Source of the DNA: Lama guanicoe
Lineage: Eukaryota
Length of the DNA: 43,490 bases
Assembly: GCA_013239625.1 (NCBI GenBank)
Contig: MU053859.1
Coordinates: 155,563 to 199,052, forward strand
Direction of reading: 5' to 3'
This document shows, piece after piece, positions 22,501-33,629 of the stretch. The notes under the pieces were generated by a model. That model worked only from the letters and a program-made list of their open reading frames with translations. It searched no databases and had not been told where the DNA came from. Each line of letters starts with the position of its first letter. Position 1 is the stretch's first letter. Both the position numbers and the translations under genes were made by a program.

Positions 22501-25232
22501 ACAGAAGATATACTGGTCAAAGAAACCGGGTACTGTTCCCTGTGGAGTTTCCTTTCCCTGGGTTCCTGCTCCAGTCAGGTGTGGTGTCTGTATCCAGTAG
22601 TATCTCTCTGCAGTTCTGGGGCAGTGATTTTCCATATCACCTCAGTTGTCCGGTTGACATAAGAAGAGATGTTAATTTTTTTTTCAGTTTTTTCTTGTTC
22701 TATAGATGGGAGCAATGACTTTTAAGCCCCTTTTATGGTAGACCAGATATCTAAAGTCCTTTAGGAGACAGTTTTCTCTTTTATGCCCTGGTGCTAAATT
22801 CATATACCCGCAGGACAGGACAGGGCAGGACAGAGGTCTCAGGTTAAGCCTAAACCATAAATTCTAGGCATCTATGAACATTTCTGAGGGCAAGAGGATA
22901 GGCCAGTCAAGAGATCTCAAATAGGAGATGGGGTTATCTGAAAAAGCACGGACCAAAGGCAAAATAGGCTAGGTTAATACAGAAAAGAAAGGGGGAAGGT
23001 ATATAGCTCAGTGGTAGCACACATGCCTAGCATGCATGAGGTCCTGGGTTCAATCCCCTGTACCTCCATTAAATAAATAAATAAATAAACCTAATTACTC
23101 CCCCCAACCCCCCCAAAAACAAACAACAAAATTTTTAAAAATAAAAAAGGAAAGTTGATTAATAAAAACTTTTTGTCATTTTATTGTAAGCTCTATCAAG
23201 GACAGAACTTTGTCGATTTGCTTGCCATTTCATTGTATCTCCAGCATCTAGGTCAGTGTCTATGAAATAGAAAGGATTCGATAAACACCGGACAAATGGG
23301 TGATTCTGGTTCCATGTAAGTGGAGTTAGCACAACACAGACTGTCTCTCCTACTGAATGTAACTATATAGCCTTGACAGAAAGCGTAGAACAGCTACTTG
23401 AGGACTCTAAAAACTATATAGCAGCAGTAATTCTATGAAAAACACCAGAATTTGAGGTGCCCTCAAGTCCGTGTTGAATAAGCCCTCCTCCATCTCCCCA
23501 GTGGCCGTGCCCTGAGTGTAACACACCCAGAAGCCAGGGATGGAGCGCCCATCAGGGCGCAGACCGAGAGAGCCTCCGGAGAAGCAGTCTGGCTCCACCT
23601 TGAGTAGGGAAGTGAGCTCCTAATCCAGACAGTATGAAATTACGTCATTTTTTTCTCGCTTTGTTCTGCATTCTTGTGTGCCTCAAACCTCGGGCAATCT
23701 CAAGACAGCAGCAGCAGTGACAATCATGACACCTCATGCCCGAATCCCGGAGGGAGGTGAGCCACCCTCTTCACTTGGTGGAACTGTGGTTCCAAGAAGG
23801 TGGAGCCAAGTGCTTTGCTTTCTTCCGCCTCCTTTCTCTCTTTCTTCCTGCTATGTGGGCTTACAGATGCAGCCACAATTGCAGAAGTGTATGTTCTAGT
23901 AGGGTAACTACAGTCACAAATTTCGGGCTGAAGGATGGAAAGAAAAAAGCTTCTGGGAACCATTAAAGTGTCAGACAGATGACGAAGAGGGAGGAAGTCT
24001 GTAGAGACCTCTGAACCTTATTTGTTAACTCCTGGCCTCACCTCTACCCTCCACATACACACACAAGCTGTGCATGTGTACCCTTGACTCAAATTAAAGC
24101 ACTGAAGACATTAAGACCTAAATTATTCATAATAGAACATTGCCACAATCCCAGATCGGCCACTGGGTGAAGCACTTACAAGAAATATCTGAGTAACACT
24201 CCAAAGGCTCTGAAAACTGAACTGACGTTGGGACTAGAGACCACAGAAGGCCTGAACGTAGCCAGAGTGATTTCCTGCTAAAACCAATGCTACTTACATG
24301 CTCTAAAAATATAGACACCGTCCAAGAGTCTCATAAAAAAAACTTATCCAAAATGTCCAGAATATAATCCAAAATGATTCAGCATATGAACAGCCATGAA
24401 AGTTTTAACTTGCATGGGGAAAGTCAGTCAACAGAACCCAAGCTGAAGTAACACAGAGGCTGCAATTATCTGGCAAAGATTTTAAAGCAGCTGTTATAAA
24501 AATACTCAAAATATCAAATGAATGAAGAAATACATGAAATAATTAAACAAGAATTAGAAATCTTTTTCTCATCTAAATTGCCTTCTCTCTAAGTTGATTA
24601 CTACTTTTATCAAGGACAAAAATACCTTTTCTATCCTAAATTATGGTATCTCAATTTTCCCCAACTAATAAAAATCACCTGGATTGAACCCAGGACCTCA
24701 TGGATGCTAAGTACATGCTCTTCCACTTGAGCTATCCCTTCCCCCTTGCTCAGCTTTTTTATTTGTAAATATCTTTACTTAATTTTTAATGTTTTCTCTC
24801 CTATGATCTCCCATGATAGGTTTTCTAACTTATTGAATAATAATAATACGTTACGTCTGTGTAACACTCCACAGTTGGTACTGCTCTCAGTGAAATTAAC
24901 CATTTCATTCTCAGTCATAAATTTAGCTCAACTCCGTCCTCTCACATCTTTCTCGTAATAATCCCCTCTCCGTACCTGTTAGTGCAAGGACTTCAATATC
25001 TGCTAATGGTCACACAAATTATAAACCAGTATGTGACCTCCAGCACTTCATCTCTCATCCTTGGAAGCTCTGTACCAGCTAACCATTTTCCGTGTAAAAA
25101 CTAGAGTCCATCAGGATCACTACCTTCCCACCCTGCTTACTACACTCACTCCATGCAGCCCAGCCTCTTACCTGAATTTTTAATCAATTCAGTTGGAACA
25201 AAGTCTTTCTCTATGTTATCAGCTCTGCGCAT
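7401..25232 (-). CDS. CLEC2D: CLEC2D / LLT1-like type II membrane C-type lectin-like protein, complete 5-exon CDS, 197 aa: join(25172-25232, 19936-20040, 17749-17933, 9573-9676, 7401-7539)
   Basis: Exons of 61+105+185+104+139 = 594 nt join in frame with GT-AG sites: [197 protein letters not shown]. Closely matches recalled human LLT1. Confidence 0.93.
8024..8254 (-). mobile_element. 5'-truncated L1 3'UTR insertion in CLEC2D intron 4
   Basis: T-tail at left and homology to the L1 3'UTRs at 1-560 and 39097+. TSD aagcgtagtgttc (8011-8023) / aagcgcagtgttc (8255-8267). Confidence 0.92.
9573..9676 (-). CDS. CLEC2D: CLEC2D coding exon 4
   Basis: 104 nt, ttttctggaag| ... |gtaagt. Encodes [34 protein letters not shown], including the WIGL motif. 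Confidence 0.95.
10341..10797 (-). repeat. Provirus 3' LTR (457 bp)
   Basis: TGTGAAGG...TAACA on minus, preceded by the PPT. The polyA hexamer reads AGTAAA (10408-10403). Confidence 0.97.
10798..10809 (-). other. Polypurine tract
   Basis: AAGAAGGGGGAA immediately before the TG of the 3' LTR. Confidence 0.92.
10810..11290 (-). pseudogene. env: env remnant: TM subunit only, frameshifted; SU deleted
   Basis: [59 protein letters not shown] contains the immunosuppressive domain and CX6CC. After a frameshift near 10985 comes LLICAALFGPCVLNFLTRFVSERIEAIKLQM. Confidence 0.93.
11445..12476 (-). CDS. pol: Retroviral integrase region of pol, uninterrupted 343-codon frame (expression not shown)
   Basis: VDFTE, SDNG and KVERMN supply the D,D(35)E triad; CLLC zinc-finger cysteines and the WKGPY motif are present. 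The first His of HHCC appears replaced (QQQQEATHMG). Confidence 0.85.
   Translation of the reverse strand: MVDGSVFIPERLAYHLVQQQQEATHMGKTALEALLKRYFLISRLPTLCASVSQRCLLCAQNNPKQGLTGPMGIQRCGLAPFKDLKVDFTELGPSKGYKYLLVFVCTFTGWVEAYPTRTEKAREVTKALLRDVIPRFGMPTSIGSDNGPAFVSEIVQQVAKALSIRWNLHTAYRPQSSGKVERMNRTLKQIIAKISQETQLPWVDILPLALLQIRCTPRFNIGYSPFEILYGRPPPLVRMRNPTPEIGNLGLHQQLLGLGKALREVWGWVIEKTPISLGVQVHPHKPGDQVWVKDWKKKPLKPTWKGPYLVVLTTPTAVKVAGIIPWIHHSRVKTATAPQTEGP
12477..13790 (-). pseudogene. pol: pol remnant: RT thumb/connection and RNase H, frameshifted; RT catalytic core absent
   Basis: VKYLGFII, LREFLGAAGFC, APALGLPD, LDPVASGWPPCLRALAATALL, LFTDSSS, SAQRAE and NIYTDSKYAF occur in several frames. No LPQG or YVDD motif seen. 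Confidence 0.93.
13791..14139 (-). pseudogene. gag: gag matrix (MA) remnant with two in-frame stops
   Basis: ATG at 14139: MGGSKSKPTTLDCMIKNFKKGFSGNCKI*MTPGRLYTLCELEWPAFGVGWPSGGTLDLATV*TVYQIITGTPGHPDQLPYIDSW. Gammaretroviral MA motifs (EWP.F.VGWP..GT, GHPDQ.PYI). Confidence 0.92.
15196..15204 (-). promoter_or_regulatory. Candidate major splice donor in the proviral leader
   Basis: AAG|GTAAGA on the minus strand, about 225 nt downstream of the 5' LTR. Confidence 0.6.
15408..15425 (-). other. Primer binding site, tRNA-Thr(UGU)
   Basis: TGGAGGCCCCAGCGAGAT, 4 nt after the 5' LTR. Complementary to the recalled tRNA-Thr(TGT) 3' end ...ATCTCGCTGGGGCCTCCA. Confidence 0.85.
15430..15940 (-). repeat. 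Provirus 5' LTR (511 bp)
   Basis: About 10 substitutions plus a 54-bp tandem duplication relative to the 3' LTR. TATA cctataaaac; AATAAA at 15497-15492. Confidence 0.97.
16920..17533 (+). mobile_element. MER41-like solo LTR in CLEC2D intron 3
   Basis: TG...CA with TSD ataa. Collinear MER41 hallmark blocks: cattatacgct, ttcc-gggaat..cccctt, ttagcatat, ccataaaaa.tggcaac, ctctg.ctatgg, aataaa, ctatggctcgc..tgaattctttcttgc. Confidence 0.85.
17749..17933 (-). CDS. CLEC2D: CLEC2D coding exon 3
   Basis: 185 nt, atttcag| ... |gtaaga. Encodes TRAIFHQNPSECLVPACPEYWIGFQRKCFYFSDDTKNWTFSQRFCNSQGADLVQVETLQEL. Confidence 0.96.
17976..18628 (+). mobile_element. Older class I ERV solo LTR (left boundary approximate)
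   Basis: ccaatcag, tttaaaaacc TATA-like box, gggagtttgagtcttttgagcattagctgc, polyA-like agtaaa, and a typical U5 ending gagcagaccc...ttggtaaca. Confidence 0.7.
19010..19150 (-). mobile_element. MIR fragment
   Basis: aaactgaagcacagag...tgtccaaggttacagagc...aagtaaaagagctgaaattcaa resembles the MIR core. Confidence 0.6.
19936..20040 (-). CDS. CLEC2D: CLEC2D coding exon 2 (transmembrane)
   Basis: 105 nt, tttttccag| ... |gtaagt. Encodes YCPSKRHSGELNLKLHVVLILCLTFMVCVLVTFF with a hydrophobic segment; phase 1-1 fits both neighbouring exons. Confidence 0.9.
20260..22430 (-). mobile_element. Old L1M-type fragment(s)
   Basis: Antisense L1 ORF2-end/3'UTR phrases (caaactgtcttccaaagtggctg, gtagctttatagtaagtcttgaa, ccctccaactttgttcttc). 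Boundaries approximate. Confidence 0.8.
20719..20869 (-). mobile_element. Vic-1-like SINE nested in the old L1
   Basis: T-tail plus gggattgaacccagg...tgagctata. TSD gaaggaattctt / gaaggacttctt. Confidence 0.9.
22991..23147 (+). mobile_element. Vic-1-like SINE
   Basis: A box tagctcagtggtag, B box ggttcaatccc, (aaat)n, cctaattac and an A-rich tail. Confidence 0.92.
23300..24560 (+). mobile_element. Old L1 5'/ORF1-region fragments (approximate)
   Basis: Phrases typical of old L1 5' regions (aaaatgtccagaatataatccaaaat, aattatctggcaaagattttaaagcagctgttataaaaatactc). Confidence 0.5.
24681..24744 (-). mobile_element. Truncated Vic-1-like SINE head
   Basis: ggattgaacccaggacctc...ccacttgagctatcccttcccc. 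Confidence 0.8.
25172..25232 (-). CDS. CLEC2D: CLEC2D coding exon 1
   Basis: aaaATG at 25232, 61 coding nt, donor CAG|gtaaga. MRRADNIEKDFVPTELIKNS aligns with human MHDSNNVEKDITPSELPANP. Confidence 0.9.
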
Positions 25233-25425
25233 TTTCTCTTCTGTTTTAAGAGTAAGCTAAAATTACAGTCAACCATTTGAGCTTCAGGAAGCATGTAAAG
25301 TATAGCACTAAGGAAATGAGACAGTTAAGCTAGGCAAAATATGAGTGGTGTAAAGATAGATCCGTGAAACACGTCATAACAGAATACACTGAGTTTTTCC
25401 GTGATCTCTTTAACAGGTAGTGAAG

Positions 25426-26900
25426 GTACAAAAACAGATATATGGATCAATAGATAAGAACAGAGAGCCCAGAAACAAACACACAAACTTTTGGTCAATT
25501 AATCTTTGACAAAAGACGCAAGAACATATAATAGAGTAAAGACAGTCTCTTCTTCAGTGTTGGGATAACTGTACAGCTGCATGTAAAGCAGTGAACTTAG
25601 AATACCCCCTCACACCATACACAAAAATAAACTCAAAATGGCTTAAAGACTTAAAGACAAGACAAGAAACTATAAACCTCTTAGAAGAAAACATAGGCAA
25701 AGCATTATCGGACATAAATCTCAGCAGTGTTCTCCTAGGGCAGTCTACCCAGGCAATAGAATTAAAAGCAAAAACAAACAAATGGGACCTAATTAAACGT
25801 GTAAGCTTTTGCATAACAAAGGAAACCATAAGCAAAACAAAACAACCTATGGAATGGGAGAAAATATTTGCAAAATATGAGACTGACAAGGGCTTAATTT
25901 CCAGAATACATAAACAGCTCCTATAACTTAATAAGAAAAAAACAAACAACCCAATCAAAACATGGGCAGAAGAACTAAACAAGCAATTAATTTTCTAATG
26001 AAGACACACAAATGGCCAATAGGCACATGAAAAAATGTTCAATATCACTAATTATCAGAGAAATGCAAATCAAAACTACAGTGAGGTATCACCTCACACC
26101 GGTCAGAATAGCCATCATTCAAAAGTCCACAAATGATAAATGCTGGAGAGAAGATAGAGAAAAGGGAAACTCCTACATTGTTGGTGGGAATGTAAACTGG
26201 TGCAGCCATTGTGGAAAACAGTATGGAGATTCCTCAAAAAAACTAAACTGGACTTACCATATGATCCAGCAATCCCACTCCTGGGCATATATCCAGAGGG
26301 AACTTTAATTCAAAAAGATACCTGCACCCCAATGTTCATAGCAGCACTATTTACAATGGCCAAAACATTGAAACAACTTAAACGTCCATCAACAGATGAC
26401 TGGATAAAGAAGCAGTGGTATATTTATACAATGGAATACTACTCAGTCATAAAAAAGAATAAACAATGCCATTTGCAGCAACACGGATGGCCCTGGAGAA
26501 TGTCATTCTAAGTGAAGTAAGCCAGAAAGAGACAGAAAAATACCGTAAGATTACCACTCATATGTGGAGTCTAAAAAAAAAGCCAAATAAACTTAATTAC
26601 AAATCAGAAACAGACTCACAGACCTAGTAAACAATCTTATGGTTATGGAAGGTGGGGAAGGATAAGTTGGGAGTTCGAGATTTGCAGATACTAACTACTA
26701 TATATAAAACACATAAACAAGTTTCTACTGTATAGCACAGGGAACTACATTCAATATCTTGTAGTAGCTTATGGTGAAAAGAATATGAAAACAAATATAT
26801 GTACGTTTGTGTATGATGGAAGCACTGTGCTGTACACCAGAAATTGACACAACATTGTAAACTGACTATACTTCAATAAATAAACAAATAATATTTTTTA
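25426..26900 (+). mobile_element. 5'-truncated L1 (ORF2 C-terminal part + 3'UTR) about 190 bp upstream of the CLEC2D ATG
   Basis: Frameshifted ORF2 peptides ([45 protein letters not shown]). Possible degenerate TSD aggtagtgaag / aggcaatgaag. Confidence 0.95.
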
Positions 26901-27519
26901 AGGCAATGAAGCTCTTTCACTAATTGTACTTTTGTTGCAAGACAGATTGATGCTTGTTCATTTGAACAAAGAAAATAAGGACTTATTAAAAGCAATAAGG
27001 AGGCTGTCAGAGGAAGAGAATATTATGTAAGTGGAAACGGCAACAACTCTATTCCAAATTAAAATCCATGCCTCTGTTTTTCTGGCCATTATGAAAAAGC
27101 AGCTATGAACATTCATGTACAAGGCCTTTGGGTGGACATTCATACATCTCCTTGTTGGGTATGTATCTGGGAAGGGAGCTTCTGACTGATAGGGGTTGCT
27201 TAGATTTCACTTTAGTAGATTCATCGGTGTTTTCCAATCCTTAATGTTTTCAAAGAACCAGTCTTTAGTTTGGCTGGTTCTCTCCACTGCATGCCCTTTT
27301 CTATTGTCTACACATCTGACCTTTAATCTTCCCTTTTTCTACCTTTGGGAGATCCAATATGCTGTTTTTTTAATCTCACTTTTTGGGACGATTTGCTCAT
27401 TCATTATTTCCTTTCTCCTTTACCAATACATGCATTTAAGTTTAAAAAATTCTTTATGAGTATAATATTAATTAAATCGTGCACGTTTTGATTTCTGGTT
27501 GATTGTCATTGTTTGTGGT

Positions 27520-27680
27520 CGTTAGGTTCCATAAAGTTTCCATAAACTGAATCAGTGACTATTGACCCCATTGCTCCTGGAGAAATAAAAGTTAAAGTTC
27601 CTATGATCCTCTAGGCAAAGCATTTACATCAACCAATCAACAGGTAGCCTTGTTTTATGTGTGTTTCTATTTCAAGACAG
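27520..27680. mobile_element. TcMar-Tigger-type DNA transposon fragment (MER82-like)
   Basis: ccattgctcctgga..aaata....ttaa.gttcct...tcaaccaatcaa....agccttgttttatgtgtgtttct matches a recalled Tigger-family terminal region. Confidence 0.55.
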
Positions 27681-27689
27681 AAGCAATTT

Positions 27690-28125
27690 TTCATTCATGA
27701 GCATGGAGGTCTCATAGAAATGAGACCTAATAAGTGTTCAAAACAGGCAGCTTTTATCCTGTTTAGGAAAACAAACAATAAATTTGTGAGAAATTGACAG
27801 GGCAAAGAAATTTACGCTTTGGGTGCTTAATTAGTGAAAAATCTAAACTGAGTTTGGGCTTGGAGTAGTCAATCAAACAAGTAACAGAGTTTGTTTATGC
27901 AGGTTTCTCAGCCCCAAATTCCCTGTCTCTGGTGGTAAGAGCGTCCTTCCACCCCCAGAAGCAAACAGTGTTCTTCCTATGAGAGACTTACACTCTGCAT
28001 TCAGGGAGACAGGCGGGAGGGTCAAAATGTCCATCCTGCGTCCGCCATTTCTTAAGTGACTTTCATTCAAAATAGTCCGTATGCCATTGAGGCACATTCA
28101 GGGACAGTCTACCCTGGGCCCCAAC
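27690..28125 (-). mobile_element. Old class I ERV LTR fragment
   Basis: Ends in cttaagtgactttcattcaaaatagtc..tatgcca...ggcacatt, as in antisense MER31/MER34-group LTRs. Confidence 0.55.
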
Positions 28126-30039
28126 GATAGCCTGCATGTAACAAACTTTTCTGAGTATTTCAAATTCCCTAGAAAAGAATCATCACTCATCATTGGTTAG
28201 CATGTTTTCTCTGACAACTAGTCAACCATTATTGTACCTATTGTTTTTGTGTTTCTTCTAAGATAAAAAGAGTATCCTTCACTTTATGCTGTCTCATATA
28301 TTTTGGGACTTAACCACTTCCAAGAACTGCTAGAACTCAATGCTTTAACTCAAATGACTTCTTTCCCAACTTTTTATTGTTGTCATGCACTTAATTCTAG
28401 TTTTACTTTTTACACTTCTCAAGGTATTTTTATTATTGTTTTGTGTAATCAATATTAATTTATATTCCCCTTTCCATGGCTCTTTGGCTCTTGGCCACAT
28501 TTCCATGTTTCTATCTGAAATCATTTTTCTCCTGCTTGAGGAATTCGTTTTAATGTTTCCAGGATTGGGGCTGATAAATTCTTTTACGCTCTACATAAAT
28601 GTCTTCATGCTAACTTATTTAATTCTTGCTGCAGTTTGGGGTTATAAAATTTCCACTGGATTTGTATTTAGAGAATCCACTTCTCTGGTAAAACATGTCA
28701 TTTTCATCGACTATTGTCTGGAATGTGTTAATCATAATCAGAGTTATTTTAAAGTTTGGGTTTGATCATTCCAATTTCTGAGTCATCTATGTGTCTGCTT
28801 CTTATTTGTTTATATGTTTGTTTGTTTTACCTCTTGACACAACAAGAGAATTTTTGCTTGACTTTTGTCAGTGTAAATACATCTGTATCTAGATCTAGAT
28901 CTAGATCTATATATAATAAGAAAGCTTCCTCCAGGAGTATTCACATGATCACATTATCCTCTGGTCAGCATTAGATTGGGTAGCTATTGCCTTAATCCAC
29001 CAAGGACTGAGTGGATTTAAATCTACATTGCAGTTTCTGCAAGATTCTGTCTACCCTTTCTCTACCATTCCACCATTTCTTGTTTGTTTTGGTACCAATG
29101 GTTAAGCCTTCTAGAAATTCCACCTGTGAGCTCAGATTATTACTAAAGCTCCTTCTCCTTGTTGGAGATTGAATTTTTTTCTCCTCAACATCAGATGACT
29201 GTCAAAAATCCACTCTGCTTTTCACATTTGTCTTCCTAGTCTCTCCCTGTAAAGTTGAAGAATCTGCAAATGGCTCGAGGGGAAAAGATTCATCTCACTT
29301 CTCTGGCTTTCTCTTCTGTTTGGAATTTTGGCTCTTCAAGGACATTGACAAAGATTTTTTATCTCTCCTAGGGGACTGCCTGCTAGCCCAGAGCATGTCA
29401 CCCATCACCAAGGGGCCTCTAGGAGAAGAATCTCTCACAAAATGTTTACTCACATCTCTGAATCTTTCCTTGGAAATGTTCCAATTCCTTAAAAAATGTT
29501 TTTTTTAACTTGCATCTGGCTCCTCTAACTTCTCAGTAGCAGTTTGGTGTCTCTCAACTTGTATTATAGACAGAAGTACAACTTTCAGGTTTATCCTTTT
29601 TCCATCATTTCTTTATTTTGTTATCAAAGAGGAAAAGAAATAAACCTTGATAAATTTCACATTTTCTCGGAATTCCCATATAGGTGACAGAATTAATAAC
29701 GTTACTTTTACCGCTATTCTCATGGCATGATGACCTAAAGCTGCAGTTTATTATCACTTCCTGTGATCTCGAAACTTTGGGCAAAGATTGAAAGATATGT
29801 TCTCATTTAATGGGTCCAAATATTATTACTTTGATTTTAAGAAGAGTTCCTTGAGTGAGAGTTCAAGTAACTTTGTCTAAGTTCACAGTTAGGGGCAGAG
29901 TCCATGATTAAATGATTTGATTTGGAAATTAGTTTGAAATGAAGGTCAGTAAATAAAGGTCAAGTGTTGACTCATGTGGCATTTCTGCATTAGTCACACC
30001 GTCTATTAATATAAAATTTCTCAGTTTCTACTAGAAACT

Positions 30040-30540
30040 ACTAACCGAAAACTAGCCTTGCCACCTGCCTCTACAAGGATATGATCACATTGGCATTTGC
30101 CATCCACCTCTGCTGGCATTAAATCATGAGCGGCAGCCACTGACCTCCAACCCTCCCTGAAAGGGGCTCAGGGCGGAGACCAGGAATGATCAGTCCATGC
30201 TCTGGAAAAACTGGCAGAACAGGGCTTCAGACAGTCAGATATTTTCAGAAGATTTTTATGAGCCCAAATGCTTGCATCTCCTCCTATCTAGAAAAGCACT
30301 AAAACCATTAACGGCGACATCTGCTCCTCATGACCAGCAGCAGCCTCTGCCTGTGTGAGTGCTTGACTGCACGACCCCCCTCTTCACTGACATCGTATAT
30401 AATGCTGGGTTTTCTCCACCTCTTTGGAACAGTTTCTCAGAGCTTTCTGAGATGCTGTCTCCCAGGCTACAGTCTCCATTTTGCCCCAGATAAAAGTTAA
30501 ACAACAACTCTCACACTGTGCAGTTCTGTTTCAGTCAGTA
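30040..30540 (+). mobile_element. Old class I ERV solo LTR (approximate)
   Basis: LTR-like R/U5 (cagtttctcagagctttctgagatgctgtctcccaggctacagtc...cccagataaaa...tttcagtca). Confidence 0.55.
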
Positions 30541-31489
30541 ACTGCCTTACACCAAGTGAAGTTCCTTATTAAACCACGTGATTCCCGTAACCGCTGAGCC
30601 AAATCGGCCTGTTTGCTGTAACTGCTCCTCTTTCTGAGGAAACGAAACTGAACATTTTGTGGCTGGAGTCAGAATTATACGATTACTCGATTACCATTTA
30701 GAGCATGTTTCTGAAGCTTCATAGTTTAGCTCACCATGCCAGGTGAATTCTAAGCATACAATAATGAAAAGATATAATCTTCTCCTTTCAGGAACTTAAA
30801 GGGGAACTGGAAAGCTGAATGAGTATTTAAGATGATTCACTGGGACAAGTTGCAAAAGACAACAGAAAAAGTTATTATGAGAGCACTTAAGGAGAACCCT
30901 GATCCCAGGGAAATTTTTCCAAGGAGATGTTAACTAAATTTGCAAACTGAAGAACTGAGTAGGTGTTAGCTAAATGTGAGGCATTTGAGGTGCATGGAGA
31001 AGTGTTCTAGTTGAAAGGAACTGCATTAATTTATGCCCAAAGAGAACATAATACATAGTAGACTTGGGAAACCTTCTTAAATTTAAAATGGCTTGAGTAC
31101 AAATTATGAAAGAAAGATGAGAAAATAACTGTCCAGTTAACACAAGGGCTCCTTATCCATCTATGTGAGTTCATAACTCCTAAGCCATAGCCTCTTGTCT
31201 ATTTTCTTATAAAACCCCATCTGATAGCTGATACCATATGTGAGACATAGCGATATGTTTTCACATGGTCCTTAGGGAGTTGTGGTATGAAGGGGGATAG
31301 TACACAGAATCATTTTAATTTCACTGGGGAAAGAATAAATTTTTTTTAATTGCACCTACATTTAGGAGACAGAAATGAGTAATTGACTGGATGTGAAGAC
31401 AGAAGAAAAAGCCCCTTCAAGTTACCCACTACTCCATTTTATTCCCTGACAAATACAGAATCATAATCACTAACATATATACCTTGAAA

Positions 31490-31975
31490 TAGAAGCATTT
31501 GAAATTATACTGAGTGAGAAAAGCTAAACTCAAAAGACCACCACCGTTATGATTCCACTTATACAATATTCTCAAAATGACAGAATTACAGAGATGGACA
31601 CATTAGTGGTTGCCAGGGGCTAGAAACTGGTTCAGAGGGTGTGGAGAGAGAAGGAGATGGATGTAACTGTGAGAGAGAAGCAAGGGGAATGCTTGTGGTG
31701 ATGCAGCAGGTCTGTATCTTGGTTATGGAGCTGGCACACAAATTTGCACATGATAAAATTGCATAGAACTTTAGACACACACAAGTGCATATAAAACTGG
31801 CAAAATCTGCATAAGATTGGTGAATTGTACCAACTTCTTGCTTTTGTTGTAGTTATTAAGACATTACCATTGACCAAAACTGAGTGAAGAGTACATAGAA
31901 CCTCTTTGAACTTCTTTTTAAACTTCCCATGACTCTATGATTATTTCAAAATAAAACAATAATAAAAGAAAAAGA
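31490..31975 (+). mobile_element. Old L1 3' end
   Basis: tatgattccacttatacaatattctcaaaatgacagaattacagagatgga, ttagtggttgccagggg, and an A-rich end. Confidence 0.75.
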
Positions 31976-32299
31976 AATCTTGCAAGTTACCCATCAAGTT
32001 ACCCATTACTGCTCTAAAGAAGTGTCTGTCTCAAGCGATTAAAATAAAAGTACTACAATCACTGATATGTGATTGGATGTATCAGCTCACGTCTATGAGT
32101 TACCAGGTGACTTTTGCCCCTGCTTCCCTCGGGCCTTTCTGCCTTTGACAACAGAATGGATGGTAGATGTAGTCAGTGAAAGAGGAACGCATTCAAGGAG
32201 AGAGACAGGAAAGAAAGAGCCTTTGGAGCCAAATAAGTCCAACACAAATAATGACTCTTCACCCTGGTGGTAATTTGACTTCACATACACACAGTAGAT

Positions 32300-32670
32300 A
32301 GGACACCAGGCCCCCCAAAGAAACCAAGTCCTAATCCCCCAAACCTGTTGATATGTACCTTATATTTTTTAAACATGAGTCTTTGAAGTTGTGGTTAATT
32401 AAGGATCTTGAGATGGGGAGATTATCCTGAATTATGTGGGTTGGACCAATTGAATCCCATGGCTTCTTGTTAGGGGAAGGAAGCAATGTCACCGTCAGAG
32501 AGAGATTTATGATGCTACGCTGCTGGCTTTGCAGATGGAGCAAGAGGCTACAGCCAAGGAATTCAAAGGACCGCTAGACGCCCTAAAAGGTGAGGAAACA
32601 GATTCTGCCCTAGAGCCTACAAAAGGCACACGGCTCTTCCAATACCTTGATTTTGGCTTGATCCATTTTG
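32300..32670 (+). mobile_element. MLT1 (MaLR) LTR fragment
   Basis: gtcctaatcccc, ttaaggatcttgagatggggagattatcctg, gctggctttgcagatggag, ggaaacagattct.ccctagagcct. Confidence 0.85.
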
Positions 32671-33625
32671 AACAAACAGCCCAATCAAAAAATGAGCAGA
32701 TCTAAATAGATATTTCCCCAAAGAAGACACACACAGATGGCCAACAGGCATATGAAAAGATGCTCAATATCACTATTGGAGAAATGTGAATCAAAAGTAC
32801 ATTGAGGTGTCACCTCACATCAGTCAGAATGGCCATCATTAAGATATCCATAAATAACAAATGCTGGAGGGGGTGTGGAGAAAAGGGAACCTAACTATAC
32901 TGTTGATGGGAATGTAAACTGGTGAAGCCACTATGGAAAATAGTATGGAAATTCCTTAAAAACTAGAAATAGAGTTACCATATGATCCAGCAATCCCATT
33001 CTTGGGTGTATATCTGGAGAAACACAAAATTCAAAAAGATACATGCACCCCAATGTTCATAGCAGCACTATTTACAATAGCCAAGACATGGAAGCAACCT
33101 AAAGGTCCATTGACAGATGGCCGGATAAAAACGTTGTGGTATTTCTATACAATGGAATACTACTCAGCCATAAAAAAGAATAAAATAATGTCATTTGCAG
33201 GAACATGGATGGACCTAGAGACCATCACTCTAAGTGAAGTAAGCCAGAAAGAGAAAGAAAAATGCCATATGATATCACTCATATGTGGAATTTTTAAAAA
33301 GAAAAAAGAAGATACTAATGAACTCATCTACAAAACAGACTTGCAGACATAGCAGGCAGTCTTACGGTTATGGGGGGAAAGGGGGTGGGAAGGGATAAAT
33401 TTGGGAGTGTGAGATTTGCAAATGTTAGTCACTATATATAAAAACAGATTTAACAAATTTCTTCTGTATAGCATGGGGGACTCTATTCAGTATCTTATAA
33501 AAGCCTTTAATGAAAACGAATATGAAAACAAATATATGCATGTATATACATGTCTGGGATATTGTGCTGTACACCAGAAATTGACACATTTTTGTAAATG
33601 ACTATACTTCAGTTTTTTTTTAAAA
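32671..33625 (+). mobile_element. 5'-truncated L1 3' end
   Basis: Encodes [23 protein letters not shown]...[12 protein letters not shown]; 3'UTR similar to that at 26550-26880. Confidence 0.95.
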
Positions 33626-33629
33626 AGCT

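Noticed and set aside
22991..23075. tRNA-like A/B boxes here and at 2400-2465, 20800-20869 and 24681-24744
   Set aside because: These are SINE heads with AT-rich tails and TSDs, not tRNA genes.
28885..28915. Self-complementary (tctaga)n run, plus a 14-bp tandem duplication at about 16592-16624
   Set aside because: Ordinary slippage microrepeats inside old repeat-derived sequence.
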